A stretch of 64,000 nt of DNA from Octopus vulgaris. Its lineage: Eukaryota. The translations under genes and the position numbers were made by a program. Below are positions 14,545 to 28,234 of the stretch, in pieces (the stretch's first letter is position 1; each line of letters opens with the position of its first letter). The notes under the pieces are model-generated. The model made no database searches and had not been told where the DNA came from. It saw nothing but the letters and a program-made list of their open reading frames with translations. The stretch is taken from contig OX597823.1 of the NCBI GenBank assembly GCA_951406725.2, positions 103,106,001 to 103,170,000 of the forward strand. Reading direction: 5' to 3'.

Positions 14545-15000
14545 TGATCATTTTTCTTCCTGCCTTTAGCCCTCCAATGCAGAGTATAGGCCACTTATAG
14601 TTGAATTCCATGTCGCATAATTTTTCGCTTCTGTACTTATACTCTGCCATGAATGTCCCCCTTTCTCTAGTTCCTTTTGCCTTGATTTCTGCCACGAGTT
14701 CTTAGGCCTACCTCTCCTTCTATATCCATCCGGTTTCCACCGTAAAGCACTTTTCACTACATTTGGTGTATCTTTTCAAATTGTGCTACCAATCCTCTTC
14801 CACTTTTTCTTAAATATTTGCTCCCTAATCGAAACTTGATTTGTTCTTTGCCATAGCTCCATATTGCTTATGTGTTCAGGCCATCTAATTTTAAGTATAC
14901 TACTCAAGCATCTGTTGATGAATGATTGTATTTGCTTATTTGACTTAACTGTTGTTCGCCATGTCTCAGCCCCATTTTACGTTAGTGTTAAAGATTCTTA
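14545..15000 (-). mobile_element. RTE-clade LINE 3' fragment
   Basis: GAETW...RCLSSILKIRWPEHISN..ALRWKPDGYRRRGRPKNSW. Confidence 0.8.
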
Positions 15001-15639
15001 TTTTGTTCTTTATTGAAATTACACTTGCGCTCCATACTTTTTTTTAATAATGATCATTTATGTTCATTTTTCCTTACTGGCATTATTTGGATGAGTATCA
15101 ATGTGGATTGTCTCTTACCATGGTCCTTCATCAGCAACAAAGAAAACAATCAATTTTTGTCATTTTGTCTGTCATGTTCTTTCTATGTAGACAGAGGTGA
15201 GCATAGATTTTTACCACCAAGTTGCCATTCCTGGACCTACTTTCTACATCTTGAGCTTCCCAGGTGGCACTGGTAATTTTGAGCTTACTCTCTCTTACTA
15301 ACTTGTACTTTGTCTTGGATATGTTAATATATACATTAACATATCAGGCGCTTTGATCTTTAGACCAGGATTCCATTCATCTATGTCCAGATTCTTTCTG
15401 GCTGCACACTTGGCTTATTGAAATTTATCTCCGCTCTTCATTATTCATCACATTCAAGAGATAAATGCTGGTTTCTTGGTACAAAGCCAATTTTTGTGGT
15501 GAAGAAACAGATTATTTAATGGTTCCTAGTGTATTACTAGTATTTATATTGCCAACTTCCACATGGAGGAAATATGAAATTGACCCTGGCATGATTGAAT
15601 TCAGAACACAGAAGGGTTAAATTAAATACCGTAAGACAT

Positions 15640-16046
15640 TTAGTCCGGTGCTCTACCGTTTTTGAAAGGTGAACATATGATATTCACCGTTTCGAAATTA
15701 ACATTTATTTCCGGTTCCGATTTTAAAGCTTATCATGTGAGAGTTGTAATTTCGCCGAGTTGTCATTAAGATCGTTTTTTTTTGTTCCTCTAACTGTTAT
15801 ACCAGCATGATTAAGATAAATATATTTTATCCGTTATACAGAAGGAAACATCGAGTAAGATTTGTATAGAGATCCCCAAATCGTTAAGCAAGAATGTTAT
15901 TTCGTTTTTCTTTTAAGGGCTTCAGAACATGCGAATGAATGAGCTCCCTTCACTCTAGTCTAGTGTCACTCCGTCAAATCAAATTATATATGCTAGTTGT
16001 CTTCGTGGCATTTATATTCTTAATTTTATAAATATATTTCATATAA
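15640..16046. promoter_or_regulatory. probable NPRL3 promoter / 5' UTR region
   Basis: Repeat-free, locally CpG-richer stretch immediately upstream of the ATG, with an ETS-like CCGGAA on the - strand at about 15709-15714. The TSS cannot be determined from sequence. Confidence 0.45.
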
Positions 16047-16161
16047 ATGGCTGATTTGGATCCGATCGTTATCATTTTGGCGACGTCAGGCTCTAAAGGG
16101 AATCGAATTTTATTTCGTTACCCACACGAAACTACCAAGAAGAATGCAGTTGCCTCTCGAT
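16047..16161 (+). CDS. NPRL3: NPRL3 coding exon 1
   Basis: ATG at 16047; [38 protein letters not shown]; donor GTAAGT at 16162; ends phase 1. Confidence 0.93.
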
Positions 16162-16951
16162 GTAAGTGGTTTGTGTTTCGTTTTTTGATCGATTCTTGAA
16201 AACCCCCACTACTCGATCTATGATTTTTTGTTCTTTTTACTTTTTAGGCCTTCCTTTCAATTATGACACTTCCAAGTCCCGCAACTTAATCTGTGGTAAA
16301 TTAGTAAATTAAGAAATAAGAAACTTTCAAAAATTTATCCCTACACATTTTTTTTATTTCACTCCACTTTTGTATTAGCTTCGGTTAAATTGATTTGTTT
16401 TTATTGAAAAATTCAAAACTAAACGAAATTTACTCAAAATGCTTAATAGAGTCACGCGTAAAGAAATTGAAAGTGCAGAGAACAAATTATTTTACACGCT
16501 TTAGTAATTTGCCTTCAACAGCGAAAGAAAATAATTAACCGGCGCTTGTAACATGCTTATGGTGTGTTAGGGTTGCAAAGTGACAATCTTGTGACACCCA
16601 CAAACCCCGCAGTTCTCAGTCGGGAAAATTATAATGATAGTTGGTATACTAAGAAATTTGTTGTTTCAGACAGGACCCTTTATTGGAAGTGGGGAACTTA
16701 ACATTAAATATAGGAAAAGACATGGTTTTTCTCCGAATGATGGAATTTACGGCTACAAACGTTACCAAAAATTTCATAATTCTATATTCGATACAGTATC
16801 TTATAATTTATTGTTTATAGCATAACTTTGAAGGTTTTACATTTATCTTTTTTTTTAAATATCTTACTGGTTTATCTTTGATTTCTTTTACAAATCCTCT
16901 AAGTATATTTCATTTAGAATCGGTTGTTATGTAGCAGAGCCTGTTCTTTTA

Positions 16952-16987
<36 letters not shown>

Positions 16988-17012
16988 TGCATGATGTGTA
17001 TATATATATATA

Positions 17013-17057
<45 letters not shown>

Positions 17058-20000
17058 TTGCTATTATGCAAAAGTGTCGTAAGTCCAAAACGTTGCTTTT
17101 TCAGAAAACGAAAAAATAGTAAAACATTTGTACTACACTTTGACAATTTTTGATATCTTGGCATCTGGAGATACGATAGTTTGACCAAAAGAACCGGCTA
17201 TTGCAAGCAAAAATTATTATGGAGAAAAACGCATTTGGTTAAAGTTGGACATACGACAGTTTAACATAATAGCAACGATATATATATTCTAAAACTACTT
17301 ACTAAATTATATTTATTCTGAACTGATTGTGCGGAAGTTAAACGATGATATTTCGCGATGGAAGGCATTTTTAAGAGATTTCACTCTAAAACCATTTTTT
17401 TTTCTTTTGATCCACTAGTATGATGCTAAGTGGATGAGGAATTAATTTCTTCCCTGAATAGTATATCAGTCCATCGTTGATTACTTTTCCCTATGCTTGA
17501 ACTAAGGTACATAGAATGATCTATCCTGATCTTCGATATGCAACCAAACGTTTACAGCAGAGTCTCTAACACTTTTTCTCACTTCACTATTTTGGTTCAC
17601 ACTTGATCCATTGTTGAACTGCAGCAGTTCAGGCTAAACATCGACAGTACAAACAACAATCGTATATATATCACGAAGAGCCTTCTAAAGCTACGGGCAT
17701 CGTTTCTTCTCTCTCTCTCGAACCCCCCCCCCCCACTCTTCTTCCATTTATGTTTAACCAATGTCCTCATATGAACAATTACTCTAAAATCTTTGATGAT
17801 GATGACAGATGTTTACTCTCATAAATTATAAAACTTGTTATCTTTAAGTCTGTCATATTGTTGAAACAGTTCAGTAAAGTTGTAACTGATTCTGGGTTCA
17901 AACTTCACTTAATTCACGAGTTCAATCACTACAGCCATCATACACTTTGAATAATTGGGCTTCTTAAAAACACATAACCTGTTTTGATAATTCAGGCAAA
18001 TACTGACATTTGCAGAATTAATTAACTCGTGCTAAAACAGAAAATATTTTAATTTTGTACATGATAAAAAAAAGACAAAGAAAAAGGATTTACATTTTTT
18101 ATTTCCATTGTAGCCAATGTTGGGACGAATCCTTATGCTGTTGTTCCTATTGATGACCTTTGTGCAAAAGTGTAAGTTCCACATGAGGAAATCTCATTTT
18201 TTCTGTATGCATGAAGACTAATGGGAGAGAGCAAGGGAATGGTGCAACCATCGTACAAGACTAAATGACACGAACAGTATAAAGGAAATGTAAAATCTCC
18301 AACCTGCTTATACCAACCTGGCTCTGTAATACAAATGTCTTCTTTCCATAAGTTTTGACTTAATATCTACCACCAAACCTTAATCACAATTTATGTTCTT
18401 AACACTAGGTGAATGATAACTAAGTTATTTTACTAAATTCTTTGTTATATTTAAAATAATTGAAAGAAACATAGGGCATCTCAAAATAAATACAGTAACA
18501 AAAGGGTTAAAGTTTTTTAAATAGGAAAACCAATTTGAGATAAATTGAAATTAAATGTGGTCTGGGGTATATTCTGGATAAACTGGTTATGTGTGTGGTT
18601 TTTCTCAATTTGTATAACTGTTTATTAATATAGCAACTAAATTGTTTTTATAGCTGTTTTTTTTTGTTTTTTTTTTTTGCTACTGCTAAAAAGTCTTCAA
18701 TGAATTAAAAGTAGAACCTTTTAGGCTGGTGAAAACAGAATTACATCTTGTGCAGGAGCATAACATAACACTATGGCTAAAAGGATTGATAGCATGGTCA
18801 TGTGGTTAGTAGTTTGGTGCCTTACTCTTAGAGTTCAAAACCACTTTATTCCTTGGAAACAAAGCCAACTAATGCTTATACACTGAAGAAAACAGAACTA
18901 TTTTTAGGAGATAAACAGATAAAAATTATGTAAAATTGTATATAGGAATAGCTGAACCTTAATTGATGAAGAAAAGTGTGTGTGTGGCTGTGTGGTAAGA
19001 ATTTAGCTTCCCAACCACATGGTTTCAGGTTCAATTATACTGTGTGTAGCACCTTGGGCATATGCCCTGGGCTGAATCGATTTCGTTGATGGAAACTGAA
19101 AAAAGCTCGTCGTTATATGTGTGTGTATGTGTATACACACACTGTCCAACAATCATGTGTGTGGTTGTTAGACAAGAAATTGGGGAACCCTCATCTATTG
19201 AATAACAACAGGAGAGTCCATAATGTGTGTGTGTGTGTGTATATATATAATATACATATATATGTGTGTGTGTGCATGTAAAATGGATCTTCATCAGTTT
19301 TGACAACAGGGATTCAGTTGTTCTATCAATAGTGATATCTCTTCACTGAATTAGAATGTTTGTGGCTGAATGTTCCACAGTCTTCTGTACCATTAACACA
19401 ATCCTCTGATAGAATCTGCAACAAAGTTCTACCTTTGAATTACAGGTGTAGTCCATCTGATAGGCGTACATAGTTTCCATTTACCTTAATTTCAATAACA
19501 AGACCTGGATCAATCCTAGGCAATAGTTAAAGACATTTATCTAAGATACCACACAATGAGATTGAACCCGAGCCCTCATGATTGCTAAGCAAACTTTAAC
19601 CACCCAGCCATCCTGCATCCAATGTGTGTCAGTGTTTATTCTTGCTGAGATTGTCTGTTATCTTTCAGCCATGAAAATAGTAGGCCAATAGTTTGGTCCT
19701 GTCATTTTATTAGGATGAGATATTTTGGTTAGTGTTCATTATATGATCTGAGATACATAGATGAAAAGAAATACTTTGAAAAACTAAAAAGTCAAACTTC
19801 ATTTAATTCATGCATCATAAGAAAATACATGAAAATCAAATGGAAATTGTAGTTAAGATACCCGTGCTGGTGACACGTTAAAAGCACCATCCAAACGTGG
19901 CAGATGCCAGCGCCGCCTGACTGGTGTCTGTGTCAGTGACATGTAAAAGCACCAACCAACCGTGGCCGTTTGCCAACCTCATCTGGCCCCTGTGCTGGTG

Positions 20001-23000
20001 GCACGTAAAAAGCACCCACTACACTCACGGAGCGGTTGGCGTTAGGAAGGGCATCCAGCTGTAGAAACACTGCCAGATTGGACTGGATCCTGGTGCAGCC
20101 TCCTGGCTTCCCAGACCCCAGTCGAACCATCCAACTCATGCTAGCATGGAAAATGGACGTTAAACAATGATGATGATGATGATTTTGAACCAAAGAATGA
20201 AATCATTTTCTGTTTCCATTGCTGATGTAGGAGGAAGCCAGTCTAAAGCAACCATACTGTCTAGTTTGCTACTTCTCTTTACTGAATTCAGACTTCACCT
20301 TTATTATTCAGCTGATGAGGTAGCTTCTGCCACTGATTACTCTACCTGCTAGAAATAGTAGCCATATCCCCTTCAAACTATAACATATCTTTTTTTTAAA
20401 GAAGGATACATTGGAAAGTGTAATCTGGTGTATATTCTGCCTGAGAAAAAGAAGAAATGGTTATTGTTAGAATACATTTGATCCTAGATCTGTTTAGTCA
20501 GGGCTGACCTGGGGCTAAATAGTAATAAAAGCAATTTAACTATTCATCTCCTTTCTTATAACAATGAATTATTTTTCTGTGGTGAGGGCAGTTTTTTTTT
20601 TGTTTCTTGTTTGTTTTCATGAATTTGAAAATAATTTCTGTTTTTCTTACCTTTTCTCTTTAGTGAAGAAACTGATTCAAATAAAGAAAACGAAACATTA
20701 CTTGGGTGAGTGGAAATTTTTTGCATAAATCTTGTTTCCCCTGCTAGAACATATGACAAACATCTTGCTGGATTTGCTTCAGCTCTCTGTCCTCTCTCAG
20801 TTCAAAATCTATCAAGGCCAACTTTGTCTTTCATTCATTCAAACTCGATAAAATAAACTACTAGTCTAGGATGATGAAATGACAGAATTGACAGAACACT
20901 GGATAAAATGCCTTGCATTATTTGTTCCATCTCTTTGCATTCTAGATTCTTTGGTGGTAGATTTAATGTCACATTAACACCATCACCTGGTCTTTGGATA
21001 CTATTAGTGTTGTAAGCATTTGGGCTAAGCCTCTAGTTTGAGCATGACTTCCTTTCTTTCTCACACCAGTCTCAGACTCCTGATAAAAAAGGATCATAGA
21101 TTTTGCTCTTCCCTTTCTGGTTAAGTAGATTAAGAAAACATTTACAGTTATACAAATCAAAAACGGTTTGAGAACGATGTGTTTGGTGACAACATGTCTT
21201 CAGTTGTTACTAGCAACTGTCTTCTTGTGGTCAGTTTGACTAACACATAATAACAAATTGTTCTCAGGTCACTAAGGATATTTGGATTTTTCATTGAAGT
21301 CAACATCTGCTGGTGGATGAAAGTCATGCTACTAAGAGCATAAGTTGTTAAGCAGAACTGTGAAGTAACTATTTCTGTACCTGTGGTATTTCCAGTCCTC
21401 GTTTAATTTTCTGCATCAACACTGATGTCGACAGATGCTTTCAAGAGATTACTGATCAAGCTAGCAGAACTCTGTATCAAGTAGAAGTGACAAGTGAGAT
21501 AGACTAGGTCTCCTGTGGGATGGAGAGATGGACCAAAGAAAAACAAGGCCCAAACAAAGAATTACTAATTGTCTAATAAATTTGTGTCAAAAGTATTTAG
21601 AATAATTATATTTCCATCAGCGTCACCTTACTGGCACCTGTGCCGGTGGCATGTGTAAAAAGATTTGAGCATGGTCGTTACCAGGACTGCCTGACTGGCC
21701 CCTGTGCCGGTGGCACGTAAAAGCACCCACTACACTCTTGGAGTGGTTGGCGTTAGGAAGAGCATCCAGCTGTAGAAACTCTGCCAGATCAAGATTGGAG
21801 CCTGGTGCAGCCATCTGGTTCGCCAGCCCTCAGTCAAATCGTCCAACTCATGCTAGCATGGAAAGCGGACGTTAAACGATGATGATGATGGTGTGAAGTG
21901 GGTCTGAACGTGTGGTGTAACAATGACTAAAACTGGACGGAGCAAATGGAGGAAAAGAACTACTTTAACATCTTGAATATAAATGCTAGGTAACCTTGTA
22001 AACTAAAGGTTTGTGGGTTCAAATCCTGCAACATTTATTTTATTGCAGCTTAGGGAAAGGACAGCAATCAATTAGTTCCTGTCTTCAACAATCATTTTGT
22101 TGTAATATTGAACAAACACACCACTTTTTTTGGAAAAATTGTTTAATGGCTTAATTAGAGGAGGAATATAGCATCCCTGGCCCTTTTGCAGGGTGGGATT
22201 GTGGGCTAGAGATGAAGTTATCTTCAACCAGAACCCTGGCCTAAATGTTTGCTATCATGTCAATGTTCTGCTAATATTTATTTCTTTATTACCCACAAGG
22301 GACTAAACATAGAAGGGACAGACAAAGGTATTAAGTCAATTACATCGACCCCAGTGCGTAACTGGTACTTAATTTATCGACCCCGAAAGGATGAAAGGCA
22401 AAGTCGACCTTGGCGGAATTTGAACTCAGAACGTAACGGCAGACGAAATACCGCAAAGCATTTTACCCAGCGCACTAACGTTTCTGCCAGCTCACTGCCT
22501 TCTGCTAATATTGTTGTGTTGCATGCAATTTACATGTTTATATAAGACTATTTAAAGTGGCTACTAGTTCAATGTCAGAATTGGCTGTTCAGTTGAACAA
22601 AGCTTCTAGAGATCATGTACATCTATGGCATTATTTGGTTAAACACTGTATAACATGACATTGGGATTGCTAGTTAATCATAACAAACTCCCACTTGATG
22701 ACCAGATATGACAGAGGCTTTGCTGCTAGAGCAAGAATGAAAGAACCTCTGAATATTGGCGCTAGCATGAAAGCCAGCAATCTTGGTTTATGATGTCAGC
22801 AAAGAGGTACTTGAACAACTAATGTGAATGGAAAGGTTTTATTAAGAATGCTTTCGCAAGACATTCATACTGTATTATTTTTGTCAATAACACTAACCAC
22901 AGCTGAAACTAGTAAAAAACTAAAAGAACAAAGAATTTTTTTTTAACCCTTTCGTTACCAACCCGGCTGAAACCGGCTCTGGTTCTGAGTACAAATGTCT

Positions 23001-26000
23001 TGTTTTTATAAGTTATGAATTAAAATCTTCCACCAAACCTTAGTCACAATTTATGTTCCTAACACTAGCTCAATGATAACTATGTTATTTTACTAAATTC
23101 TTTGTTGTATTTTAAGTAATTGAAAGAAACAAAGAACATCTCAAAATAAATACAGTAACGAAAGGGTTAAGTGACCTTTGGTGTTTGAAACTTGTATTAC
23201 CAAACTGGGCATTGAAAGAATGTGATTTTAATCTACAAATTTTTTCTACTATTTTCTGTTCCTCGTTTCTTTATTTCTTTCAAGTAATTTTTTTTTTTCC
23301 AGGAGCCACAATATTGTGGGTTTCAATTTTCAGAACCTTGGTACTTTACTTGCTGCTGATACCATCCTCTGTGGGAAACGGTTTGATGTTAAAATTAAAG
23401 ATGTCCGTTTTGTTGGCTATCCACTCCATCTCAACAACCCAAACAGCAAACATGTACAGACTATACAGTCCTTTAATGTGGTCATTGTTTTAAAAGTAAA
23501 TACTTTTGTGTCAATATTTTTCTATGCTACTTCTTAATATTCTCTACTAATATTATCTGCAATATGCGTCCAACTCTCTCCATTCTTCTCTCTTTGTTTC
23601 ATCTCTGTTTCGTTAAAATGCTGGAAGGTTGTTTAATTGGCTGAATGAGTAGACGTTCATAGTAAGTTTAACTGTCCATGTATGAAATTGTATGGAATAA
23701 TATATATATATGTATATTTTATCATTTATTTATTATTGGCCTAATTTGACAGTGAGACACCAATGGATATGGCTCTATATATTTATTAACATAACCCACA
23801 TTGTATTGGTAATTGAGTAATTAGCATTTTATAGGACTTTAATTCAACTCCACTGCAGGCCTCTCTTTATATTTCAAGTAAATCATTTAATCTTACTCTT
23901 TTCAGTTTTTGCTGAACCCCAGGTCGGTCCTGTTTTGAGCAAACTTGTTATTGGGGAGTTTCAGACATAGCATATCTAGGACTGCTTTATTAATTGGGTC
24001 TTTTCTAAGGGAAACCTAGAAGCTTCTTATATCGGGGACTGATGCTCACTTATACCAGTTCATCTTACTGGTAGGAACAGATACTAAACCTGAGAGATAT
24101 CACATTGAAACAAAGATATCTGTCTTTCATGTGGAATGAATTAAGCACTAACCTTTTGAAATCGTCATCATCATCATTTAACGTCCGTTTTCCACGCTAG
24201 CATGGATTGAACAGTTCGACCGGGGTCTGGGAAGCCAGGACGCTGCACCAGGATCCAGTCTGATCTGGCAGAGTTTCTACAGCTGGATGCCCTTCCTAAT
24301 GCCAACCACTCCGTGAGTGTAGTGGGTGTTTTTTACGTGCCACCAGCACAGGGGCCAGAGCAGGCTGACAAACGGCCACCATTGGTTGGTGCTTTTACGT
24401 GTCACCGACACGGACGCTAGTCAGGCGGCGCTGGCATCTGCCACGTTCGGACAGTGCTTTTTACCTGTCACTGGCATGTCTTAACTACAATTTGCATGGG
24501 TGTCTTACTTTGTAAAATATTAGCAACCATTTGTATATGTATTCCATTAGTGGTACCATTTCATTTTTTTTGTCTCAAATTGGTGCTTCTAATGTCAAGC
24601 ATCAATTGTATTAAGGTCTTAACTGTTATTTCATCATTTGTAAATATACTCAAGCAATAATAATGTCCAAATGAAGAATTCTCTCCCATTACAGTTTTAT
24701 AGCAACTGATACTTATTTTTTTTTCAAAAGGCATGTGTTGATACGACAGTAGTGAACTATTACCAGGATCTTGCAAAGCAAATCACTGTTGCTATTCGTC
24801 ATGAAGAATGCCGCTGTAATTACTTGGCTCAGCAAGCCAAAGCGATGCAACAAGTCCATGATGAATCACCTTTCAGTGAAGGTAACTCTATTTTTACTTA
24901 TTCAAACCATAACTGTCTGCAAGTGCTGTAGGACAGGCAAGCCCCCAGTATTGGTGCTACAAATTGGTTTCAATTTCTGGGTATATCTATTTCACTATTT
25001 TTTTAATCCTTTTTTGTTATTATTTGGCAGTAAGCTCATAGAATCCTTACAGTGTCAGAAATATTGCTTTGCATTATTTCTTCCTGCTCCATACTTGCTG
25101 ATTTTAAAATCCTGCTGATTTCAGCTTTGCCTTTCGTTCTTTTGGGGCTGAGAAAATAAAATACCAGTTAAATAATGGAAATGATGGGATCAACTAATCC
25201 CCTCCTCGGAATTTCAGGCTTTGTATCTTATTTAGAAACAATTATTATTTGACAGAATTGGTAGAACATCAAGAGAAACTACCTTGCAGTATTTAAAGCA
25301 GCTCAGAGGTTAACTTAGCTTTTTATCCTTTCAGAGCTAAAAGAATAAAGTACTGGAGTGAATGATATTGACAAACACTCTGCCCACTCCCACTCCTTGC
25401 CAAAATTTCAGCCTTTCTAAGTTAAAAGACTTATTCGTAGTTATTATACAGTTACTTATAATTATTATATAAAAACAGTTAAAAGAAGAGAAGCAGGGTT
25501 AATGCTGTTATTGTCAGTTTGAATCACATCAGATGATGGCTGAGCATAAGTTCTACAGAGTTGCAATTTTGAGATGAAATGTATAGTGAAGTAAATCTCA
25601 TGTAATGAATGCAAAAACTAATTTCTGTCTGTCAGTGTGTCACACTTCAGCCTCCTCTCTCACTATTCATTGACACTTTTACTATTGCTCATACTGGGGT
25701 GAGAGTAATAGTAGGTATAGAGATGGTGAGGGCATTGGCAAAGACAGACAGGGGGAGAGAGACAAAGAAATTTAGGGAGAGTTGATGTTTTTATTAAAAT
25801 TAGTAGTGTTGATGGTGGCAGTTGGAGTAATAATAAGAGAGAGAGAAAGAGGGACTGAACACTGAACCAGCATGGTGAACTAACATACTGAACACTGATG
25901 GTAATGGGTATGAGCTGTAGTTGTGATAGAGGCAGAGATGGTGGTGGTAGTAGCGGAGGCTGTTAGGGATGACTGAGAGTAAGTGATGTGAAAGACAGTG

Positions 26001-27602
26001 GTGATGGTGGTGGAGGGGAAGGCGGCGAAGTCAAAGGTATTGATGGTGGTGGCGTCAGAAGTTTGAATGGTATGTGTGTATGGCAGATGTGGTGGCGGTA
26101 CTGTTGTTTATCATGCAGCTTTGCAATAAATTCCAAGTCAACAAATTATTTCATTGTTTTGATGAAAATTGTTCATTGCTTGAAAAATATTGTTCAAGTT
26201 TAATAAAATTTGATATGTACTCAATGCATGAAGTGTCATTGTTGAGTCCAAGGCCCAATGAAGGGCCTTCCACAGGAGCTAGCTTAAAAGCCACCCAAAT
26301 AGGGCAGCTTTTAAGCTAGTGCTAACATGTTTGTGGCAAGACTAACTTTAATTAATCAATTAAACTATAGCAGTGTCTAAAAGTAAATGAAAGGTAAGGG
26401 AGGCAACTCGGAAGAAAAAAAAAAGAGGAAAATTTTAAATGATTTGATGGTCCAGAGACCACAACTTCCAGTTCATTGAAATTGGAAATAGGTAATATGG
26501 AGGCGTGGCTGTGTGGATAGGCATGACTGTGTGGTAAGACGTTTGCTTCCCAACCACATGGTTCTGGGTTCAGTCCCACTGTGTGACATCGTGAGCAAGT
26601 GTCTTCTACTATAACACCAGGCCAGCCAAAGTCTTGTGACTGGATTGGATAGATGGAAACTGAGAGGAGCCCATTGTGTGTATATATGTGTGGTGTATCT
26701 CCTTGACATTGTGAGATAGTTGTGAATAAGTGTCACTGACGTACCAGCAGTGTCATTCATCTCCAATATTCTGTGTGAACCTGTTTGGCCATGAGGAAAT
26801 ATTACCTTGCTTGGGATCAGGTGACAGATAGGATCCAGCAATCCATGAAAGCATGGAAAAGTGAATAGTATCTAATAATGATGATGAGTGACAACTCCAA
26901 ACATGTATTTGTCTGATTCTTCAGCATAGTATAATCTTTAACATGTGGCTATATCATCATCATCATCGTCTAATGTCCGCTTTCCATGTTAGCATAGGTT
27001 GGACAATATAACTGAGGGCTGGCGAACCAGACGGCTGCACCAGGCTCCAATCTTGATCTGGCAGAGTTTCTACAGCTGGATGCCCTTCCAAACACCAAGA
27101 TGCCCTTCCTAACGCCAGGATGCCCTTCCTAACGCCAGGATGTCCTTCCTAACACCAGGATGCCCTATGGAATCAGAGAAATATTTCTGCATGCTGGTAT
27201 AGCAAATTAACATTTGCTAATGGCTTCAAAGAATGTTGGAAGTGAATATCACAAATTTCCTTTTTAACTTCTGAAATCAATTGAGTCAGCTACTCATTGA
27301 TTGATTTCCCTCATTCTGTGATCACGTTATCCATTGTTTCCATTTTCTTTAGGTCTGTAGGTTATGGCTTGACTACTATATCTAGCAGGTTGATTGACCA
27401 TATAGCAGTTGTCTTCCATGGCACTTTAGGCGTGGCTCTGTGGTAAGAAGCTTGCTTCCCAACCACATGGTTCTGAGCTCAGTCCCACTGCATGGCACCT
27501 TGGGCACGTGTCTTCTACTATGGTTTTGGGCTGACCAAAGTCTTGTGAGTGGATTTGGTAGGCAGAAACTCAAAAGAAGCTCATTGTGTGTGTGTGTGTA
27601 TA

Positions 27603-27646
<44 letters not shown>

Positions 27647-28234
27647 ATTGAAGAAATGGAGTTGAACGAAGATTGAACAGAAATCGTTTTATTGCATTCT
27701 ACACGTGTTTCGAAAGGCACAATTTACCAAATTCCGATTGAATAAGGAGACCATATTGTGTCTTTCTCTTCAGGAAGAAATAGGAAATCCGTTGGAAAAA
27801 ACAAAAACAGAACAGAAGCGGAGCAAAACAAATCGAACGAGGCTCCTAAAGTTTGGCCATGGGCTCTTAGGAGCCTCGTTCGATTTGTTTTGCTCCGCCT
27901 CTGTTCTGTTTTTGTTTTTTCCAACGGATTTCCTATTTCTTCCTGAAGAGAAAGACACAATATGGTCTCCTTATTCAATCGGAATTTGGTAAATTGTGCC
28001 TTTCAAAACACGTGTAGAATGCAATAAAACGATTTCTGTTCAATCTTCGTTCAACTCCATTTCTTCAATTCACTAATAATATTAAAATTCAATTATCCGC
28101 ACCAACGCACGGTTGCAACACCATAGGGTTGTACCTCCAACCGTGCTGTCTTCTGCTGTGATTTTTGCTACCAAGGTATCGGTTAAACTTTTGATTAATC
28201 TGCAACAAGATTATTCATCTTTCTATTTCACAAA

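Larger units (their letters stand above)
27641..28075. repeat. 435-bp near-perfect palindrome (209-bp arms, 17-bp spacer) in NPRL3 intron 5
   Basis: Arm 27641-27849 is the reverse complement of 27867-28075 with two mismatches seen. Confidence 0.97.

Noticed and set aside
17789-17881. TTGATGA..ATGACAGA/TCTGTCAT..GAAAC..GTA, a possible old hammerhead
   Set aside because: Core C3 is missing and the spacing before GAAA is wrong; too decayed to support without a consensus
20311-20358. CTGATGA followed by a GGTAG/CTACC stem
   Set aside because: GAAA does not follow the stem directly and stems I/III are absent; it is the junction with another repeat
26281-26300. AAAAGCCACCCA resembling the end of a histone stem-loop
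   Set aside because: The 5' half of the stem-loop is absent and no histone ORF is nearby
27079-27166. Short repeat array as CRISPR
   Set aside because: No spacers, eukaryotic context, and it derives from the adjacent LINE fragment
27705-27992. Four mirror-image ORFs on both strands
   Set aside because: They are a consequence of the palindrome; no protein family signal
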